64,000 nucleotides of DNA from contig CM074520.1 of NCBI GenBank assembly GCA_037379345.1, positions 35,870,664-35,934,663 of the forward strand, read 5' to 3'. The number at the start of each line of letters is the position of its first letter. Position 1 is the first letter of the stretch. The DNA is from Perna viridis. Its lineage: Eukaryota. Both the position numbers and the translations under genes were made by a program. The notes under the pieces are model-generated. The model saw only the letters and a list, made by a program, of their open reading frames with translations, made no database searches and was not told the DNA's origin. Positions 27,738 through 40,673 of this stretch are shown here, in pieces.

Positions 27738-27945
27738 ATATGAACAACAAAGTTCTACATCACTGAGAACAACACGGACAAGCCTAAATGAGAATTCAAA
27801 TGGTTATGGAACTTCTATTCGGAACGGATTAAGTAACTTCAACCACGCCATAGGGATTCAAAGTAGTAACGATACAATATACAGTATAGGCGGAGATGCT
27901 AACACAGAAGCAGTTAACAAGTTTAGCGCTGTTACGCATTTTTAG
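27738..27945 (+). CDS. Predicted terminal exon of GPCR paralog 1 (68-aa Ser/Thr-rich tail ending VTHF; total 412 aa)
   Basis: Pyrimidine tract+CCAG acceptor; phase 2 matches the donor at 21673; open frame YEQQSSTSLRTTRTS...KFSAVTHF*; AATAAA at 28021. Confidence 0.7.
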
Positions 27946-28144
27946 TTAAATTTGAAGTTCTACTATTTGTTATCTTATTTATGATTTCAGACTTGTATGA
28001 AATTTACCATAGGATCCTGTAATAAACTTAAAAGTTTAAGAAGTTGAAGAGAAAATTTAGACGAGATGTTTCAATTTAACTTTCCCCTATATGTTTCTAG
28101 CGTGACGCATGTATTAAGAATGCTAGAGAATATAACGACGAATG

Positions 28145-28475
28145 TACCGCCTTGGTAGCTTTGTTTTAGCGTGCTTGCCTCGACTATGAAAGGTCATGGG
28201 TTCGACTCCTTGCAAAATCATGCCAAAACCTTTTTGAAAATGCCCTCTGTCCAGCAAATAACATTTGTTTGGCTGATCAGAAAAATGTTTCCGTGTTGGT
28301 CGACACGCCATCGTGCGGGACGTTGCTTCTGCATCCCAAACTGTAGCACATTAAACACCAGAATCGGTGTTACGGATGAGTAGTAAGCAGTGTTTGATCA
28401 ACCGTGTTCTTTTCATGAAATGCACGAACTATCTGCTAAAGGACACAACTGTAATCAATCAATCATTCAATCAAT
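28145..28475 (+). mobile_element. tRNA-derived SINE (decayed; Meta/MESC-like central domain)
   Basis: A-box-like TGGTAGC..TAGCG and B box GGTTCGACTCC; (AATC)n tail. Confidence 0.65.
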
Positions 28476-29220
28476 GAATCGGCAATATAGCGTAACAATA
28501 CCTTTCTTACAAGTAAAAGTTGGTTTGTGTGTGAATAAAAATGACTTGCATAAATACGCATTGACATAATCCCCACATGCATTCTCGTTATAGTTATTTA
28601 TAAAATTAATTTAACTTGTTATCAGTTTTTTATGAAATTGAACCATTATGAAATAAAAAAAAATTAATGCTTTTTTTTTCACTTTTATCGGTACTTCAGA
28701 TGCCCCATAAAATGATACGCAGGCCCTATTTTTAGTCTTTGAAAAATTTGGTCATTAAAAACAGGATTTTTCCATATATTGTCTAATTAATTGCGAAATT
28801 GACAGGTAATCAAAGCGAATCCACTAAAAATAATCATTAATGGCAAAAAAGTTTAAAGTTTTGTCAATGAAAACGCATCGTGTGTGATCTGCAAACATAA
28901 CCGGAATAATTGGTCCACATATATTGAAACATGTCTTTTGAGAAGCACAAAGCCTTGCACAGTTAGATAAAATCATAATTATAATGGTTTTGTGTTGTAG
29001 ATTTGATATTTATAATGTTTTTTCCTGAAAAATAAATCATTTCATCGTCATAACATTATTGAATTCCCTGCATTCAAGATCGTGGTTAATAAATATTTTT
29101 TTTAAATTGATTTTGCATGATTTCAATTAGTTGCACCGAGAAAACGTTTGGAAGAGATGAAGTAATTTTTATCACGTAAGTTGTGTTATCAAAGTGAAAA
29201 TGTTCTCACTGCAATGCAGA

Positions 29221-29554
29221 ATGGTTGAGTGTTTGAAACGTAAATATATTTTCTCTCTTGTGCTTATTTTGCATATGAATTTTTCAAATCCGAACGAGTT
29301 AATACGATCAACGGTGGCTGGTCGAAATCCTGATATGAACAACATTTACATAGAAAATGAAGAAATAATTCTCTTGTCAGTCAAAAGTGGAAGTGCTATA
29401 TCGTGCATTGTATCTTGTATAAGGTATTGCTCATGTGGCAGTGTTGCATTTAATGAACAAGACGGCAGGTGTTTCGGTTACTATAAAAACTCAGTTAATA
29501 CTTCCGCCGAGAATGTGACGGATGCTGATTGGAAGTACTTTGATTTGCTGTTTG
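29221..29554 (+). CDS. PAN/apple-kringle protein 1, exon 1 (signal peptide + PAN domain)
   Basis: Hydrophobic N-terminus; SCIVSCIRYCSCGSVAFNEQDGRC; donor G|GTAAGT at 29555, phase 1; start chosen by collinearity with the paralog (27 aa before IRSTVAGRN in both). Confidence 0.82.
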
Positions 29555-29994
29555 GTAAGTCGGAAAATTTAACAATAATATTTCTAGATCACGGTTAAAA
29601 CTCAATAAACTTATCAACACGATAGTGGGCTACAAGTATTACAAACATCATGATTATAACACAGAAAAAAACAACAGACACCATTTTAGAACAAAAATAG
29701 TCAGTCATTGTCATTGTCACTGTAGATATGCACTCCAATACTGTAATAGTATCATCAGTAATTAAAGAGCATTTATCTTTAATTAAATAATCATAAGCAA
29801 TTCTGCTTGGCTTTAGTTTTGAAAAGTAACCACAATGTTCAACTTTTTTCGTCTCTTCGTGTTTCAGTTGTTTATTTGTCGCTATTAGAATAACAGAGTG
29901 TTGTTTCTTATGACAGAACTTTGTCCTCTTATAATAAACAAACCAATTAAAGTTGATCTTCCTACTTACGTTGTCATGGCAATATCTATTTCAG

Positions 29995-30257
29995 AAATGG
30001 AATGCAAGACAACATCAACAGGTACTGAATACAAAGGATCTTTGAATGTTACTATAACAGGAAGGACTTGTCAGAGATGGAATACTAATACGCCCCACTA
30101 CATTTTTGAAGCTAACAGAATGACTGAAGATGACAAAAACTATTGTCGAAATCCTGATAACGAGAACGGTGGACCCTGGTGTCATACTACAGATCCGGGT
30201 ATGAGATGGGAATATTGCAATGTTGCAATGTGTACATGTGTACACTCGAATAAATAA
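29995..30257 (+). CDS. PAN/apple-kringle protein 1, exon 2 (kringle; total 198 aa)
   Basis: Acceptor TTTCAG, phase 1; EYKG..TGRTCQRW..NYCRNPD..GGPWCHTTDP..RWEYC. Confidence 0.88.
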
Positions 30258-31301
30258 ATATTATAATTCATGCATATAATCAAGAACGTGCATGGAATGC
30301 AGATGTATAGAAAACACTATGCATACTGTATTGCTTTATTATCCTGCAATGTAACAATGTGAATGAAATCTTACCAATCATTTGCCACACAGTTAAACAT
30401 TACATGTAGAATCATTGATGTGAAACATTTTATAGATGTATACAAAAGTTTGATAATGACACGGCTTTATCAACGATGACATTCGAAGTAAAAATAACCA
30501 TTGCTTACAATTTCTATCGTGGATAACGATAGTAAAACATTTTCCATGATAAACCCGCATCTCTGGACTCGGGGCACACCATTGTCTGCTTACCTAATAC
30601 GTTATTGTGAATGATCATTCAAAATGTACGCCAATAATGTGTATATTCAATTTTATATCATTAGAAGTATTCGTTATATTATACATTAATGCCTTCACAA
30701 AAAGAAACGTTTGTTGAGACAAAGACCCACAAATGTTTCAACCTGTATTCTCCATTTGCTGATTTCGATACAAATACTAGTATGCCATCGTTTTTACTAA
30801 ACAAACTCTTATTGGATACAAGTGTTTGAAGCCAGATCACCTCAATGTACCTAGAAGCCTCTACTGCATGATTTTCACAAATACGCTGGAATATGCTACA
30901 TGTATATGTTGTTTGTGTTTTTAAGTAACTAGTATATCTATATTACATTCTTGCTAAAGATGACAGAATGGCCTGTTACCGCAGCGATAAGGTCAATTTT
31001 TAATCGTATGTCAAATACTAGGTAAATCTCACAAATTAGTAAACATCGGTCAAATCAGCGGAGTCTTGCGAATACAAATCCTAGTTCTTACTGAAACTGC
31101 ATAAACAAGTGTAAAATAATCTTCTATGGCCTTAAAATGTCGATTTTTCATCTGCAGGTTCTGTAAGACATAATAAATTTACATACATAGTGAGGCAGAT
31201 TTCAAATTCAAATTGAAGGAGATTTTATATATGAAAGATTTAATTTACTAGACCCATTTTATTTATTAGAAAAAGAAATGAAGGCGGCTTTTATATTGTA
31301 C

Positions 31302-31655
31302 ATGATGGTGTTGTCAGGCTATAATACGGAAAACCTGACCGCAAACCATAGTGGTGCACCGTGTTGGGAAAGATGCCACGTTCCTCGCACGTTAAAGAAC
31401 CCTGCTGTGGTATTCGATAGGAGTAGGAACCTTTCCGCTCCGCCACAGGAGGCTAAATTGCCCGACCTTACCCATCCCTCCCCTTTTTCTAGTGGCAATC
31501 AAAATTTGTCGACCCTATTATCCTTGTGTCCCATCTCATTTTTCATTTCATCATCATTTCATGTTCATTTTATCGTCCATTTCATGTTCATCGTCTGAAT
31601 ATAGCTGAAATATTGCTGCTCGGGCGTTAAACCCCAACAATCAGTCAATCAATCA
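31302..31655 (+). mobile_element. 5'-truncated copy of the SINE-like element at 48916-49414
   Basis: High identity to that element; 11-bp TSD TTATATTGTAC at 31291-31301 and 31656-31666; (AATC)n tail. Confidence 0.85.
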
Positions 31656-33029
31656 TTATATTGTACGTGGTTTAAGTGTTGCAAAAAGCATAAACTGATC
31701 ACCCTTTCGGAGCACCTGAGTTCAACCCTGTATTTTTGGAGTACGTACTGTTTGTTCTTTTGTGTTTAAAGATTTGCTCTTCGTCTATTGTTTTTTTCTT
31801 CATTTTTGGAGCACCCGGCATTGTTTTGTGAACGGATTTACCTTCTTTCGTACCGTATTGCGTCTTAATTTTTCAGTTGATTATATACAAAGAACTTTAA
31901 AGCTGCATTAGCTGTCAATTTTGTAAATTTTCGTTTCTTTTAAATTTACCTTAACTTTGAATTATTTCTACTAAATTGTATTTTTCTTGTACAATTTCAT
32001 TTGATACCCACAAATAAAATGCATTAAATACATGAAATAGGTGGCTATATATTTATTGTCTTGCAAGACAAAAAAATCGACCTAGATAAGTTCGTATGCA
32101 CGTGACTTCTGGTGACCTTAATTCGCGCATGTGCTGTAAGGGTCGCTTCTTTGATAACAAATCTTATTGCAAAGTGAAAGTGGTCATTCAACGGCAAGGA
32201 AGACCGACGGGCTTAAGCCGTAAAAGAAAAGAAGTTCGGATATGACGCAAGGATCCTTTTGAAATTTACGTATTGTGATATGATGCGGCTCAAATATGGT
32301 CAGTATTTATTTGAAAACTAACCAAGAAAAAGATGAAATGAAATGAAAACAAGACACGTGCTTACCTGTGTATCCGTTATTGATATTATGATAATTAAGT
32401 TTTAAAGGCAAAAGAGAAAATCGTTTGGAATTTTTATACTTTAGAAAACAGTAACATTAAAGCTTGATTCCTAGTTTACTTGGTTTTACATTAATAAATT
32501 TTTTAGTTCACAACCATACAATAATAGTAATACATACAGACAAATTTCCCCAATAAACAATAATGTTGACTGGGCGATATTATATTATCCCATGCATCAA
32601 TATATGTCTTAAGGTTATTCCGTTCCTTAGGCAAGTTCGGATGTAATCAAAAAGTTACCAATATATGTTTAAATTACTGTTTTGATACGTTCTAATCCAG
32701 TCCAAGTAATCATATGATATTGATACGGTACAGGTAATGATTATATAGTCTAAACGTAGCTAACTACCAGTAAACTTAATAAGTATAGGATAGTCGAGTC
32801 ATGACGATACAGCACAAGTATAAAAACATTATATAGGTTTAAAGGTTTGTACAACGATGGCCATAAAGATGTTATAAGAGAATATGAACCTGCAAAGTTT
32901 CAGTCAAATTATTACCTTCTTCAGCACTAGGCATAAACTGAGTGTAAATAACGTGAACACAACTCACTGCATCATCAAGTGAATATCTTAATTAAAAACC
33001 TGAGAGAAAATATTAAACATTAAACTTAA

Positions 33030-36000
33030 AGTTCACATAAGAAATTGGGAAAAGTAATTGATCTTTTAATTATCCGAATGTTTATTTTAGCAGTGTCTCG
33101 CAAGAGTTAGGCAGTTTATAACGTTCCTTAAGGTCACTTGTGTTTTCTAACAGTATTTTTAATAGTCTTTCGTTTGAGTTTATACTGTCCACAAACATGT
33201 AGGTATACATCAGGTAAGTATGAAGACCAGAAATGTGCAAAACAAAGGTCCAAAATTTGTCCTGAATATCAGCAGCAAGAAAGCATTCCAATGCCAGGTC
33301 TAATAGTCCCAACCTAGGGTACGTTACACCTTGTACAAATTGTCGGTTCGGTTTGGGGAACACATCTTAGTAGTTTAGACAGGAAAAAATATATTTGAAA
33401 GTTAAGCTGTAGACATCAAGTTGCTCCAACCTGAGAAAGTACCAACAGCGTGCACTTGTATAAAGCGACTGAAGTCATTGTCAGAGTTCGTTCGGGCATT
33501 GCGTTAACTTATTGCCATTGTTGAAATAGATGAAGAAACTATACTTTTCCAAGTCAACTGGGATAGACTTTTGTAGTGATATATGCGGTAAAATACTGGC
33601 CTAAGTTGTATTTAACCGTCTATATAGATCCGGGACGAAATGTTGAGTGTCTTTTTTGTCAAACCTAAACGTATAAATGCCGTTAAAAATAAAAGTTTCG
33701 CTGTTGCATCGCTTAATGTTAAGAAGATCAATTTCTTTTTATCGCTTTCAAAAATAATTCATCTGGTCCAACCAACATTTCTACCATATCTGACCTGGTG
33801 AGTGTTCTTAAATTCTGTATTTCCTTTAATAAATAGTGTTGCATTTTCCAAAGTGAAGACATGCCGCTTACAGTCAAATTATTCCATAGCTTGCAACCGT
33901 GCAATGCTAAGGGGTAACACAACCTAAAGTTACTCATACCAAAAAGTATCACAAGCCTTTTCTACTGCTCTAGCGCATTTCATGTTTGATGATATATCTA
34001 TTCCAAGGTAAGTTTTCCAGTTTGTAACTTTGATTTCCTCTGATCCTGATTTCCACACGAAAGAATAATCGGTGATCACAGGTCTACGTATTAGAATGTT
34101 AGTCTTAGCACTGCTGAATTAAAATAGCCATTCGTTGAAATTGTTACAGTAAATGTTAACCAGATTCTGTATAGCCATATGACTAAGAGTCTATAATGCA
34201 ATGTCATCTGCAAACACCCGATTGCCACAATTAATGGCTTTGATCTTTAGACCGTGGCTAGACGCTTTAAGCCGATTCTATAGTTCGTCAAAATATAGTT
34301 TATATAAAAAGGTAGATAACACACCACCTTGTCGTACACCATAATGATGTGATTCCATCCAGTAAAAAGACACTCTGCATATTAGTATAATATTGATTGA
34401 TTATCTGTGGTCCTGTGATTCCAAGAAATATACGTTCCCTTATCAGTCCATCGTGCCATACAGTTTCAAAAGCAAGGACTGCACAAATAACACACTGTTG
34501 AATTTAATGGCACTCATAGCGGATTCTAACATGGTGAAATATGACATAGATTGACAATTTAATGATTTTGTGAACCCTTGTTGTTAATTATTCGGAAACA
34601 TGACTAAATTATTAATCCATTTCTCGATTCTAGAAGAAATAAACTTTTCGAAAAGTTTATACAACGAACACAAGAACCTATCGGTCTGTATGAGTCACAT
34701 CTATAACTTGGCATCACCATTCTTTCAATACGGGTACTATTTGTCCTTTCTTCCACACTGGTGAAATATGCCCGACGGATCGTTCACAATTAAATAAATG
34801 CGTTATGTTTAATGAGAATTGTCTTGCATGCATGTTCAGGATAAGATCTCCTACATCGTCATTTACTTTGCCAAAAAGATCCAGAGGAACGACCCTCATC
34901 GAAATGAGAACTGAGAAGCTATGTGCAATTTCTATTTGGTTTCTGAATGTTAGAATGTCAGTCCGTATTTCTTTCCATCCAGTTTTCTTCTTTTTGTATC
35001 CATTCTATAGGGTCCAAAAGGAACGTAAATCGCACTCTGCGGCTTCATCTTTCTCATGATAATTGTCATTTTGATACTGTTGTTTTGCATCATTTTATTT
35101 CGAAATATACGTTTAGCTAGTTTGTAATTACTATAGGATTCAAAATATGGCCCACGTGGTCTTCCGTCAGTAATCCAAATATTGCGCATTTCGCATACTG
35201 TTTTGTTGGTTGTCTAACTTCAGTAGTCCAGCCAGTAAGGTTTTAATTTGGCATCAAAACGATTAATAGGTATAGTATCGAGCGATTATCTTACTAAAAT
35301 ATTCGTTATAACAGTATTAAAGTGTCCAGTTGAAAGTACAGGGTCGGTACAATCAAGGTTTTCTATCAAAGAACTCATTCCGCTATCAACTAACAGCTGG
35401 TAGATGATCCGATGCTAATTCCGTATTCACAGTACTAAATACTTTACCCGATGAAATACAATCCATAAATGTTGCAGGTACTAATATATAGTCAATGGTT
35501 GTCTGTAGTGAGGCAAATGTGAAAATCCGGTACTAATATTTTTTCTTTGACTGGAATGAGAGAGTTTTTTTCGCAGAAAGCTGTGATATAGCTCGGCATT
35601 TTAACGTACACTCTTGAATATTGTTATCCAGTGGTGAATAGAGTCCAAACACAAATATCGAGAGTTCGTCATTGGGTGAAAATTATTCTACTGACCCGAT
35701 TATTGCCAACAATGTCGATGGTTTCTGTACTAAAATCAAGAGGAACGATTTATGAGAATTGCATGTGTTCCACTGCCTACATAGCGTTAAGTATTTGACA
35801 CTAGCATTGTAAGCAGGATGTATAGATTCCATGAATCTCGAACAAGTTTCCTTATGTTGTAATTCCGACAAAATCGCAATGTCACATTTATAGTTTTTTA
35901 ATAAGTTGTTGATGCAGAATAACGAAGATATTTAGTAGAGTACATATGTAATACCTAATCATGATATTATAAAATTCTACGGCTTTACACTCCCTTCTCA

Positions 36001-36500
36001 AAAAATTAGACGGCATATCTATATTGATCATTGTTATTTTCGTATTGATCACATTTCTCTTTCCACTGGCGATTGATCATCCACTTTCTACACAGAACTT
36101 TAGTCCGCCAAAAAAAATCGGATTTTCGAGTAAGTCATTATAGTTATATAAAAAATGGTCGGTCACCATCATTTTGTAAAGAGACTATGACGTCATAAAC
36201 CTTTTTGACAGTCTACTCGTTAAATTCGGATACTCAAATTGAAGGAATGGTTGTTATATTTTGTCTATTTGAAATAACTTTAATGCTCGTGGTGTGCACT
36301 AAAAAGCAATAAAAAGCAACAACACCAATGCCTAGAACTAAAACTAAGATATTTTCATTTTTATCATAATTAATTGAAATAGAATGTGATTTGATTTTTT
36401 CACCACGACGTTTAACTTGACAATATTCCAACAGACTGTTGTCCAATTAAAAGCTTAGTTGGAAATGTTTTTTGTCGGCCTACAATCGTAATAGTGTTTT
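33030..36500 (-). mobile_element. Decayed near-full-length LINE (RTEX/L2-like): ORF1 end, APE, RT
   Basis: Minus-strand peptides DFFWRTKVLCRKW (~36075-36125), CDIAILSE, TTIDYIL, AFETVWHDGL, GVRQGGVLST, VFADDIAL (~34195-34220), with many stops. Confidence 0.8.
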
Positions 36501-36952
36501 GTTTATTTAGAAAGAAGTAAATATGGTGTTCATTTAAAAAGAGCACCAATCGTTACAATAGAAAAAAAAACAAATAGAAAATCGAAAATATTTGACTTAA
36601 ATTTACCGCGATCGTTGAATAAAAAGAACCTTTTAATGATTGCTAAAATTATTAAATACACTTATCTTAAAAATAGAATATTGAGGTCGACTAACAATAG
36701 AAATGAATAAATCTTCAAAGACAAAGTTCTTTTTATGTTACGTTATAGAAAATGTGAACGTCCTCGTTCGCTGTAATAGGTGAATGTATGTTCTTGAACA
36801 TTACTTTTGAAGTTGAAAATCAACAACAACAAAAAAACAAAAACAAAAAACAACAAAAAACAAAAACAAACAAAAACAAAACAAACAAAAAAACAAATAG
36901 AAAGAGCGAGATGAAAGTTTAAAGTTCTTGATCGTTAAGGTGTATCGATCTG

Positions 36953-37737
36953 CACCATGAAAACTGATTTGTTCAACATGTCATAGTTTCCCTTTCTTCT
37001 TCTGTCTACCCCAGACTTGACTTCAGGTCTCAGTATCGTATTAATTTTCCCATAAACTTCTATAGTTAATTGCATATTTTTAGGATTTTAAAAAAAATAT
37101 GGAAATTGATTCAATAAAACTTTCACTTCTGTAGCATTTCTAAGAACATGTGATAAAATAATTTCCCGCAAAGAAAATAGGGTGAGTCCACGAAGATCGA
37201 ACAGAAAAGTAGTCTTGAACTATAAATAGCCATTTTCCCTAGTTTCACTTTCGTTTTACACTCACCAAACCAACCTTTTCAGTGGAACATTTTTATGATA
37301 TTATGTTAGATTTTCTTTTAAAAACTTCTTCATCTTACAGTGTGATCTTTGCTCTATTTCATAAGTCATTGTTCATATCTTTTGACAAAACATTAGTTTG
37401 TAGAGGGGCAAAAAGAAAATGCACTATATTTTTATAGCTTCCATGTTTTGACGTACACACGCTCAGGGATATGCAATACGATACTGGTACCTTTATATGA
37501 GCAACTCGGCGGGTGTTTCCAGAATAGCAGAGGATGCTTACCCTACTGGTGCACCTGGTCCATGCTTTCAGTTTTTAGTGGAGTCCGAGTTGCTCATTTA
37601 CTTTTGTTATTTTGTATGTATTATTTTAGTTACTTCATGTTCTTTGTTGTGATTGTCTGAATTCCATGTCTGATCTTTGTCCCTTGATTACATTCTTTTG
37701 ATTTCCGTTAGAATCTTGGTTCCCTTCATCACTCCTT
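36953..37737 (+). mobile_element. Penelope-like family A 3' end interrupted by a MITE
   Basis: Repeat sequence breaks at GACTTGACTT (37023) and resumes at TTATATGAGCAACTCGG (37493). Confidence 0.8.
37025..37492. mobile_element. MITE with 18-bp TIRs nested in the PLE copy
   Basis: AGGTCTCAGTATCGTATT / AATACGATACTGGTACCT. Confidence 0.75.
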
Positions 37738-38729
37738 CCGTTTTTGTGTATTTACTGATGCCAACGATTTTGCTTAAATGATCTCTTACTGTGGACGTTT
37801 GATTATTTCTTCATTACGGTCAGTAGATAAATCGTTTTGAAAAGCAGGTTATCGATGATAAAACACGTCTGATCTTTTATGTTTTTAATCATATAGCTTT
37901 ATTCTTCTATAAATCTTAAAAGGAATGGTACAATATTATACTAAATGAGGAATAGATGGTTTCTCAATGTCCTGAACTATCGATACTGCTGATTACATAT
38001 GTAATTTGTTGATAGAAAGATCTAGCCAGAGAGAAAACGGATTATACCTGTCAATTTCAGCAAAAAATCTTCTTTATTATTTGGAGAAAATTACTTAAAA
38101 GAACCTTATAAGATAATCATAGTTATCAGTTTTTTGTTAACTTTAAGGTAACACGGCTTTATAGGAGCAGTACTTGTGTTGACAATATTTTTTTCGAACA
38201 GTCGCCACAGGAAATATTGCGGTTTTTTCAAATGAAGTAAACGAATTAAACATTGTATGCTACATGTACAATAATGTTTAAGGTCTTCATTCTTTGTATT
38301 AAATATTGAGCTTCAATAATGTAGCTCCTTAGACTCGGATAGAAATTATCATTATCGGTGCTGGATTTGGCTTCCTATTACGATAAAATTGAGTTTGAGT
38401 ACTTCTTGTAAACATATTTTATTTTAATCTTGAACTTACAAGTATTTGGTTCTAATGCTGCTGATGATATATAACACACTGAATCCCGTGCTTTTTGTTT
38501 GTGTTAATATTGTATCTAAGTTACACATGTTTTAAATTCGAAATCAATTCAAACCAATTTATGTGCTGAGATTTTGACAACTTGTGTTCTCTTTTCCTGA
38601 TTATAGAAACTACGATAACATCAACTTCAAAACTATTCTTGAACTTTGTTGAGAAATTGTGATAGGTTGAAAATAATAAAAGCAATAAATGCAGAAAAAA
38701 ATTTGTCAATACATATTTTATGAAAATCC

Positions 38730-39150
38730 ATCGTGTGATATGAAAACTCCATACGCAGGTACTGAAGGGATGTTGCCACAGATGAAAGGAAAGTGGACAA
38801 TTCTGAATGAAAAGTCATCACGTTTATCGTAAAGTTTGGTCAGTAGTTTTCCTTTACCATCGATTTCTAAGTGTAAGTCAAAACATGAGGCTGACCTCAC
38901 AGTGTCTGTAGTATCCTACATCTCAATTTTTTTTGGGTAGATCCGATGTATCAAATCCCCGAAAGATAACACGTCATCTATATAGCGGAAACTGAGATTA
39001 AAGAATCACACTAAATGATATTCTTTCTTTTGGATCAGATCAGCCATAAAGTTAGCCTCACGAAAGTGAATGAATAGGTCAGCAAGTAGAGGAACACAAT
39101 TTGTTCGCGTTGGAATGCCGACGGTATGTTGAAAAACGCATCCACCACAC
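38730..39150 (-). pseudogene. Penelope-like (Naiad-type) reverse transcriptase fragment
   Basis: VGIPTRTNCVPLLADLF, FNLSFRYIDDV, LYDKRDDFSFRIVHFPFICGNIPSVPAYGVFIS. Confidence 0.85.
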
Positions 39151-39475
39151 TGGATTTACGACACGGAAAAACTGTCAAGGTACATATTATTACGATAAGA
39201 TACATATTCAACATATAATCACGAATCGGGGAGGGAGATATGAAATGGTCCAAATTGGCAAAATCAGTGATTAACAGGATAACAAAATAAGCCAACATGT
39301 TCGGTTCAGGCTAAGTAAAATGGTGGATTAAATCAAGTTTTAACTAGCCAAACCGACCGCTTCCATAGATGCCTAAGTGCTTCAGGTGTAAGTTTGTGTT
39401 ATGTAGGTAGAGAAGCCATTATTTTGTTGATGATTTGATTTTAATTTTGTACATGTTAGAGGCATTTATACGTTA

Positions 39476-39610
39476 ATTAAAGAATGACTGTTATATTTTT
39501 TCCCGGTCTATGGAAAAACCTCAATTACGTGGTGAAAACTAAAGTGAGCACCACTGGCGTTGAGGTTATTTCAAATAGATCGAAAAATTATAGCAGTCAT
39601 TCGTTATAAT
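39476..39610. repeat. Palindromic MITE-like element
   Basis: GAATGACTGTTATATTTTT..AACCTCAA versus TTGAGGTT..AAAAATTATAGCAGTCATTC. Confidence 0.55.
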
Positions 39611-40267
39611 AAATTAATTTTAGTAACTAAATACAACGAGTAAATCATTAAAAAGGTTGATGACGTCATAATCGCATTCCACAATTTGGTCCATGAGATG
39701 ATGGACAAAATTGTTTATCCAATCAGAAAACGTGTTAATTCTGAAATTAAATTATCAAGTAGGGAATTATCCCTTTGCGCAAGTTCTGAAGGGTATATGT
39801 CAAGTAAAAAGCTTATGGAATTAGATAACAGTACATGCAAAATTACCGGATTTAAAAAAAAAAACATGTACACTTGTAGTGAAAGTCTTTGAGGTAAAAC
39901 AAAGCCTTGAACACTTTGATGAAATCATTATTGTAATAGTTATGAATTGTTTTTTAGATATTAATTGTATTTCTAACTTAGACAGAAAGTAAAGGAATAT
40001 TTGTATTTCTGCTTTGCTTTGTTTGGTAAGAGTTGAAGAAAATTCAATAAGGTATCGCGAAATAAGACTTTTAAATACTGAGCAAATAGGAAAAAAACGT
40101 AGTTGCTATATTAAAAATAAAAGTACACATGTTGTCACGATCTCGGTACATAAAATACTGGAATTGATTGGGCTAGGCTCATTATAGAAGTAATTGGTAG
40201 CTTAAAGGGTTGAGTTAGAAAAATAGAGATTTATATTTACGGACAGTAGATTATCATAGCATACAAA

Positions 40268-40598
40268 ATGATCGTTTGGAAAAATCTAACTACTTTTTTC
40301 TTTTGTTCATATATTATGTCAACGATTTTTCCAAAAATGAATGCAATGATACGATCAACAGTTGCAGGAAGGAACACCCTGTTAGACAATATTTTTGTAC
40401 CGAATAGTGAGGGTATCATCATATCAACGCAAAGTCGAAGCAATATTTTGTGTCTAGCATCTTGTTTAGAATATTGTTCCTGTCGCAGTGTAGTGTATAA
40501 TATACATGACAGAAGCTGTTTTGGTTTGGATAGAACCTTATTCAACACCGCTGATTCTTTCACAGATAATGGTTGGAAGTACACCGAGTTGCGATTTG
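40268..40598 (+). CDS. PAN/apple-kringle protein 2, exon 1 (signal peptide + PAN domain)
   Basis: Paralog of 29221-29554 (IRSTVAGRN; LCLASCLEYCSCRSVVYNIHDRSC); donor G|GTGAGA at 40599, phase 1. Confidence 0.85.
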
Positions 40599-40673
40599 GT
40601 GAGAATACTTTAAACAAATACAAAATATAAATTAACAGGAGCTTTAAAAATATGTTTTAATGTTAACAATTAA

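Noticed and set aside
28145-28215. tRNA gene
   Set aside because: Has a B box but no intact cloverleaf, and continues into a SINE body and (AATC)n tail
31278-31598. Two similar 106-aa ORFs (31278 and 48967)
   Set aside because: Both lie inside the TSD-bounded SINE-like element; their N-termini differ and one start comes from flanking DNA
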